A stretch of 28,655 bases of DNA from NCBI RefSeq assembly GCF_006345805.1, contig NW_021833404.1, positions 1-28,655 on the forward strand. Reading direction: 5' to 3'. The translations under genes were made by a program, and so were the position numbers. The DNA comes from Octopus sinensis (lineage: Eukaryota). A model generated the notes under the pieces. That model was not told the DNA's origin, searched no databases, and saw nothing but the letters and a program-made list of their open reading frames with translations. Of the stretch, positions 24,481-28,655 are shown piece by piece (the first letter of the stretch is position 1; every line of letters starts with the position of its first letter).

Positions 24481-26538
24481 TTTCTTAGGTTCCTATTATT
24501 TTGATTATCATTTCTATAGTTGTGCTGATATCTAAAGTATTGCTATTATTTATTGATCCTTCAGCTTCATCATTTAGGTTTAAAAGTCCTACCATGATTT
24601 CTTATATTATTGGTAATGTTACATTTATTGTTAGTCTTTTTCTCCGACTGCATATTGCTGTTATAAATATCACTGATATTTTCATTCCTCCTTATTTCTC
24701 CTTGCCCATTATTATCTATTATTTCTATTATTAACATTATTACTTTCTATTAATATCGGCATTGTTTTATTACTATTAATGTTAATGTTATTAGTCATTC
24801 TGTGGTACTAATTTCACCTATGTTTGATAGTTACTATGTTGTTTTTTATTGTTGGTAGTATTATTATAATTGCTATTGGTATTCATGCTGATTTATTATT
24901 TTTATTCTATCTTTCCTGGCTAGTTTAATTGGGAAATAGTTAGGAGAGCAATTCCGTATAAAAATAGGGTTGGTTGCCAACTATGCTCCATGGAAGACGT
25001 ATGAAATTCTAAAGCATAGAAAACATAGACTTATGAATAATCATATCGAACTAGTCAAGTTTGTGTCCACGCTAAATTGAAGACTTTAAATATTTTAAAT
25101 GATTAGAATAGCCGTAACTAGATAGATAGATATAACTTGATTTCTACTACTATATAAGCCTGCTTTAAGTAATAACTAAGAGTTCTCACACTACAGTTAT
25201 CTTTTTTCCTTATATTCTGCAATCAGTGTTTTGAGAACGGGAAATGAATAGTACTTAATACCTGCTTATTGAGGCTTTATTAATTTCAACTCATATTTTT
25301 AAATTCTTATTTAAATCTTAATTGTAATTTTTAATTTTAATTCCTAACTTAATCTAATTTAAGTAGCATAACTCTAATAAAATAAATGAGTACTATAGCC
25401 CCATAATTCTATTTCAAATTAATAAATAAGGCTACCCCCTCGGTGATAATATGATTATCTTCATTATGATAGACAATACTCTAACACCTTGTAAATGATC
25501 TTCTAAGATTTGACCTGTAGTCCCGTCATGTATGAATAATAACGGCAAACTCCTTAAGCCAATAAAATGAATAAATTAAATAAGTAAGTTTTAATGACTT
25601 TTGATAAGATTATACTTAGATTTCCTAATGTATTTTCTTTGATTTTAGCATCTGACCCTTAACCCCGTGACTGTGTTATCTCTTTAGATTCTCTTTAAAT
25701 TCATAGCTGATTTCAACAGCAAATAATTAGCTGTTTTTACTGGCCAAAGAATAATATTCCCTCTAGTTCCTAGATGCCTGTAAATAAAACCAGACTTGCC
25801 GCCTACTAATTCGCTGTATAACTAGAACCCCTTTTTTATTTTTATTTTTCCCTTCTTTCCCTATTTCTTTCTCTTTCTCTTTTTTCTGTTTCTTCTTCTT
25901 ATTCTCTTTTTCCTTTCTCTCTCTTTTAGTCCCTTCCCCTCCCTTTTTTTGCTCCCTCCTCCCTTTTTTTCTCTCTTTTCTCCTATTCCCTTCTCTTCTA
26001 TTCTTTGCCTCTCTAGAAAGCCCTTCAGCCTTTAAAAGTTAATAGCTACGGCCTCTTGTAAATAGCAGTAACGTGATTAATGTGGCAAATACCTAATCAT
26101 ATAACAAGAACTGATACCTACCTCATTGTGTTCAACCATTGATAAATTTATCACCTGTGAATATAAATTCCTCTCATTTCTCTGGAAACTTACATCTACA
26201 CCATTGGAAATTGTGCATCTATACAAAGGATTAATTCACCCTCTCTGTAATGCTAATAAGCAGGAATTGAGACCCACCTCGTTGTGATTAACAATGGATA
26301 AATTTGTCTTCTGTGAGTATGTAATCCCTCATCATATCTCTGGAAATTCATATGTGCTCTATGGATTAGGTCACCTTCTCTGTGATGCTATTAGAACTTT
26401 TTTAAAATTCTGTGATAAGACTGTACATCATCTTTAAAGAACTTTAATGAACTTTGGAACTCTGTTTATGTTACTTAATTATCTACATTACTTCATGAGT
26501 AGCCTCAACCACTAGGATGTCTAGAGAACTCACATGTA

Positions 26539-26630
26539 TTTTAGCTGATGAGTACGGGACACGTTGATTGCTGTAATTTTTATACAACTTTTAATAAAGC
26601 CTGTCCTTGTATGAAACGATTGTACTAAAA
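26539..26630 (+). ncRNA. Type-I hammerhead ribozyme, intact canonical core, GUA site (predicted cleavage after 26624)
   Basis: TTTTAG-CTGATGA-GTACGGGACA[40 nt]TGTCCTTGTAT-GAAAC-GATT-GTA-CTAAAA: stem I 6 bp, stem II about 10 bp with G.U pairs, near-palindromic ACGATTGT stem III. Confidence 0.8.
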
Positions 26631-26678
26631 ACCTATCCATTCTTGTTGCTTCTTCTCCGCGTATATATATATATATAT

Positions 26679-27007
26679 ATAAAAGGAAATGAAGAAAATG
26701 CTGACAAAATAATTTAAGTAAGGGAGAGGTATTTAATTAGTTTGAAAGTTCTTTTACCGGTTGCGCATTTGTTGATGCTTATCAAAAGATATTTTGAGTC
26801 CTTTCTTCTCTGATTGATTTTTTTCTCTTCTGATAAGAGAAAAAATCAATCAGAAAGGAACTGAGAAAAAAATCAATCTGAAAGGAACCCTATCTTTTGA
26901 TAAGCATAACAAATGCGCAACCGGTAAAAGAATTTTCACCTAATTAAATACACTCTCCCTTACTTAAATTATTTTGCCAGCATTTTCTTCATCTCCTTAT
27001 TTTATAT
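26679..27007. mobile_element. About 330-bp palindromic element flanked by TA tracts, with a variant HHR fold in each arm
   Basis: Arms of about 110 bp are reverse-complementary, with an inner hairpin TCTGATTGATTTTTTCTCTT/AAGAGAAAAAATCAATCAGA. HHR-like motifs at 26750-26789 (-) and 26893-26931 (+). Confidence 0.85.
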
Positions 27008-27072
27008 ATCACAACTCGTGTTCCACATCTCCTTTTTTAAATATATATATACAATATATATATATATATATA

Positions 27073-27126
<54 letters not shown>

Positions 27127-27173
27127 ATATTGTTTGTGCAAGATTTTTTATGTGAAGTCGTGTGTTGAAACAG

Positions 27174-27674
27174 ATATTGTTATATTTCGGAATGGTCATT
27201 TTGCCAGTTTAGCCATAAAACACACGCAATATATATTTGGTGTTATTTTGCTTCAGTGTTATTTATTTTTTTACATTAATATTAATCTTATTTCGGCCCA
27301 GTTCTTTCGTCACACTCCTGTGACCGCATCAGTGGTCCTTTGTTTTCTTCTTCTTATAAACAAGATACAAATTTACAGGCATACACACCTAAATAAACAT
27401 AAACGCACATAGAGATATAAGCATGCGCAAATGAAGACATACAATAGAAATACAAAATGGCTGACGGTTAGTAAGGCGAGACACAAATAAGAAAGAAGAA
27501 AAACAAAGGACCACTGATGCGGTCACAGGAGTGTGTGGACGAAAACTCTGGCCGAAATAAGATTAAGATTAATGTAAAAAATAAATAACACTGAAGCAAA
27601 ATAACACCAAATATATAGTGCGTGTGTTTTGTTGGCTAAACTGGCAAAATGACCATTCCGAAATATAACAATAT
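27174..27674. mobile_element. Inverted-arm element (27174-27357 / 27487-27674) with a partial HHR-like motif in each arm
   Basis: The arms are reverse-complementary over about 185 bp. The terminal GGCTAAACTGGCAAAATGACCATTCCGAAATATAAC also occurs, inverted, at about 17329-17365 next to (TA)n. Confidence 0.8.
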
Positions 27675-27713
<39 letters not shown>

Positions 27714-27725
27714 ATATATATATAT

Positions 27726-28010
27726 AGACGCAGACGTGGCTCTATGGTAAAAAAACTTGCTTCCCAGCGACATGGTTCCTGGTTCGGTCCCACGGTCCCA
27801 GAGCGTGACAGTTTGAGAGAGTGTCTTCTACTATAGCCGCGGCTTGGGAATGGATTTGACGGATGGAAATTGAAAGAAGCCCATCTTGTACTGTATGTAT
27901 ATATTTATGTCCCAGATACTTTGCGGCTCGGCAAAAATACTCCGATAGAATAATTTACAACTTTTAAAGGAAAAATGGTACTGGGGTTTCGTTCGCTTGA
28001 CTAAAATCTT
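27726..28010 (+). mobile_element. Old SINE family A copy
   Basis: Decayed head GTGGCTCTATGGTAAAAAAACTTGCTTCCC, B box GGTTCGGTCCC, GAAATTGAAAGAAGCCC and CGGCAAAAATACTCCGATAGAATAA. Confidence 0.75.
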
Positions 28011-28055
28011 TGCCTAATGACTTAAACAAGATATATATATATATATATAAAAGGG

Positions 28056-28511
28056 TTTTCAGAATGAAATAAATACCAAGACTGTGAAGATTTTAGAACA
28101 TTTATGAATAGGTCTTACAGCTGTTTCTAGGATATTTTTATATCCCTTCTTCGGTGACGGTGGGAGAAGATGGTTAAGCTATAGTTAATTTAGATAAGAT
28201 ACGAAACAAAGAGTTAAGTGGAGGAACGAAAATAGATGCGAGATATGCAGCGATATTGCATTTGTAGATCGATTATTTAGGCAGAATGGTTTACATATAA
28301 GATTCCCAATACCTTGTGAGTAAAATCCAATAGTATTTAAAATTGGTCATTCTAAGTATAGAGTTTGTACACAGTGCTATTGAATTAAGGGTTTCTCACA
28401 CAGTTTCTCATGAAGGGATATAATAAATATCCTGGAAACAGCTGTAGGACTTTCTTTTTATAAATGATCTAAAATCTTCACAGCCTTGGTTCTTTTATCT
28501 CATTCTGAAAA
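28056..28511. mobile_element. Inverted-arm element (28056-28149 / 28412-28511), each arm carrying an outward-facing HHR fold
   Basis: Arms of about 95-100 bp are reverse-complementary. Left (minus) CCGAAGA-A-GGGATAT(AAAA)ATATCCT-A-GAAAC-AGCT-GTA; right (plus) CTCATGA-A-GGGATAT(AATAA)ATATCCT-G-GAAAC-AGCT-GTA. Confidence 0.85.
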
Positions 28512-28655
28512 AAAAAATTATGTATACACATACTGATATGTGACTTACGGTGAACTCCCTATTCGCATAATCACCGAACCCAGAGCTTAACTATGGTCTA
28601 TCCATAGCATTACTCGGGTCTTATGGGACACCGTCACCTCTCATAACCACATATA

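Noticed and set aside
24560-25830. Minus-strand Asn-rich and protein-like reading frames (e.g. FIRLPWSIVGNQPYFIRN, GGKSGFIYRHLG)
   Set aside because: The frames are interrupted by many stops and have no recognisable RT or other domain. Possibly a decayed element, but unsupported without a profile search.

Overview
AT-rich, repeat-saturated eukaryotic DNA. No complete protein-coding gene, rRNA, tRNA gene or CRISPR array is supportable, and most ORFs in the supplied track are translated microsatellites. The SINE families and the (TA)n/(ATCT)n/(GATA)n landscape resemble Octopus genomes (recognition, not a search result). The window holds three tRNA-derived SINE families, decayed RTE and CR1-group LINE fragments, two MITEs, tandem and inverted duplications, and two candidate short exons. 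The main signal is about ten type-I hammerhead-ribozyme (HHR) folds found by manual inspection. Three have an intact core (26539-26630 +, 23355-23426 -, 11820-11866 -), two are U4C variants (3957-4003 -, 28111-28158 -), and one set has a compensatory U3-A8 core (23901-23939, 4082-4117, 26893-26931, 26750-26789). They lie in short elements whose 3' tails mostly end at (TA)n tracts. One lies just downstream of a decayed Penelope-type GIY-YIG endonuclease with no recognisable reverse transcriptase nearby. Several occur as tail-out palindromes that look like MITEs. The working model is a (TA)n-targeting Penelope-like retroelement/ribozyme system. All ribozyme calls are structural predictions, not demonstrated activity.
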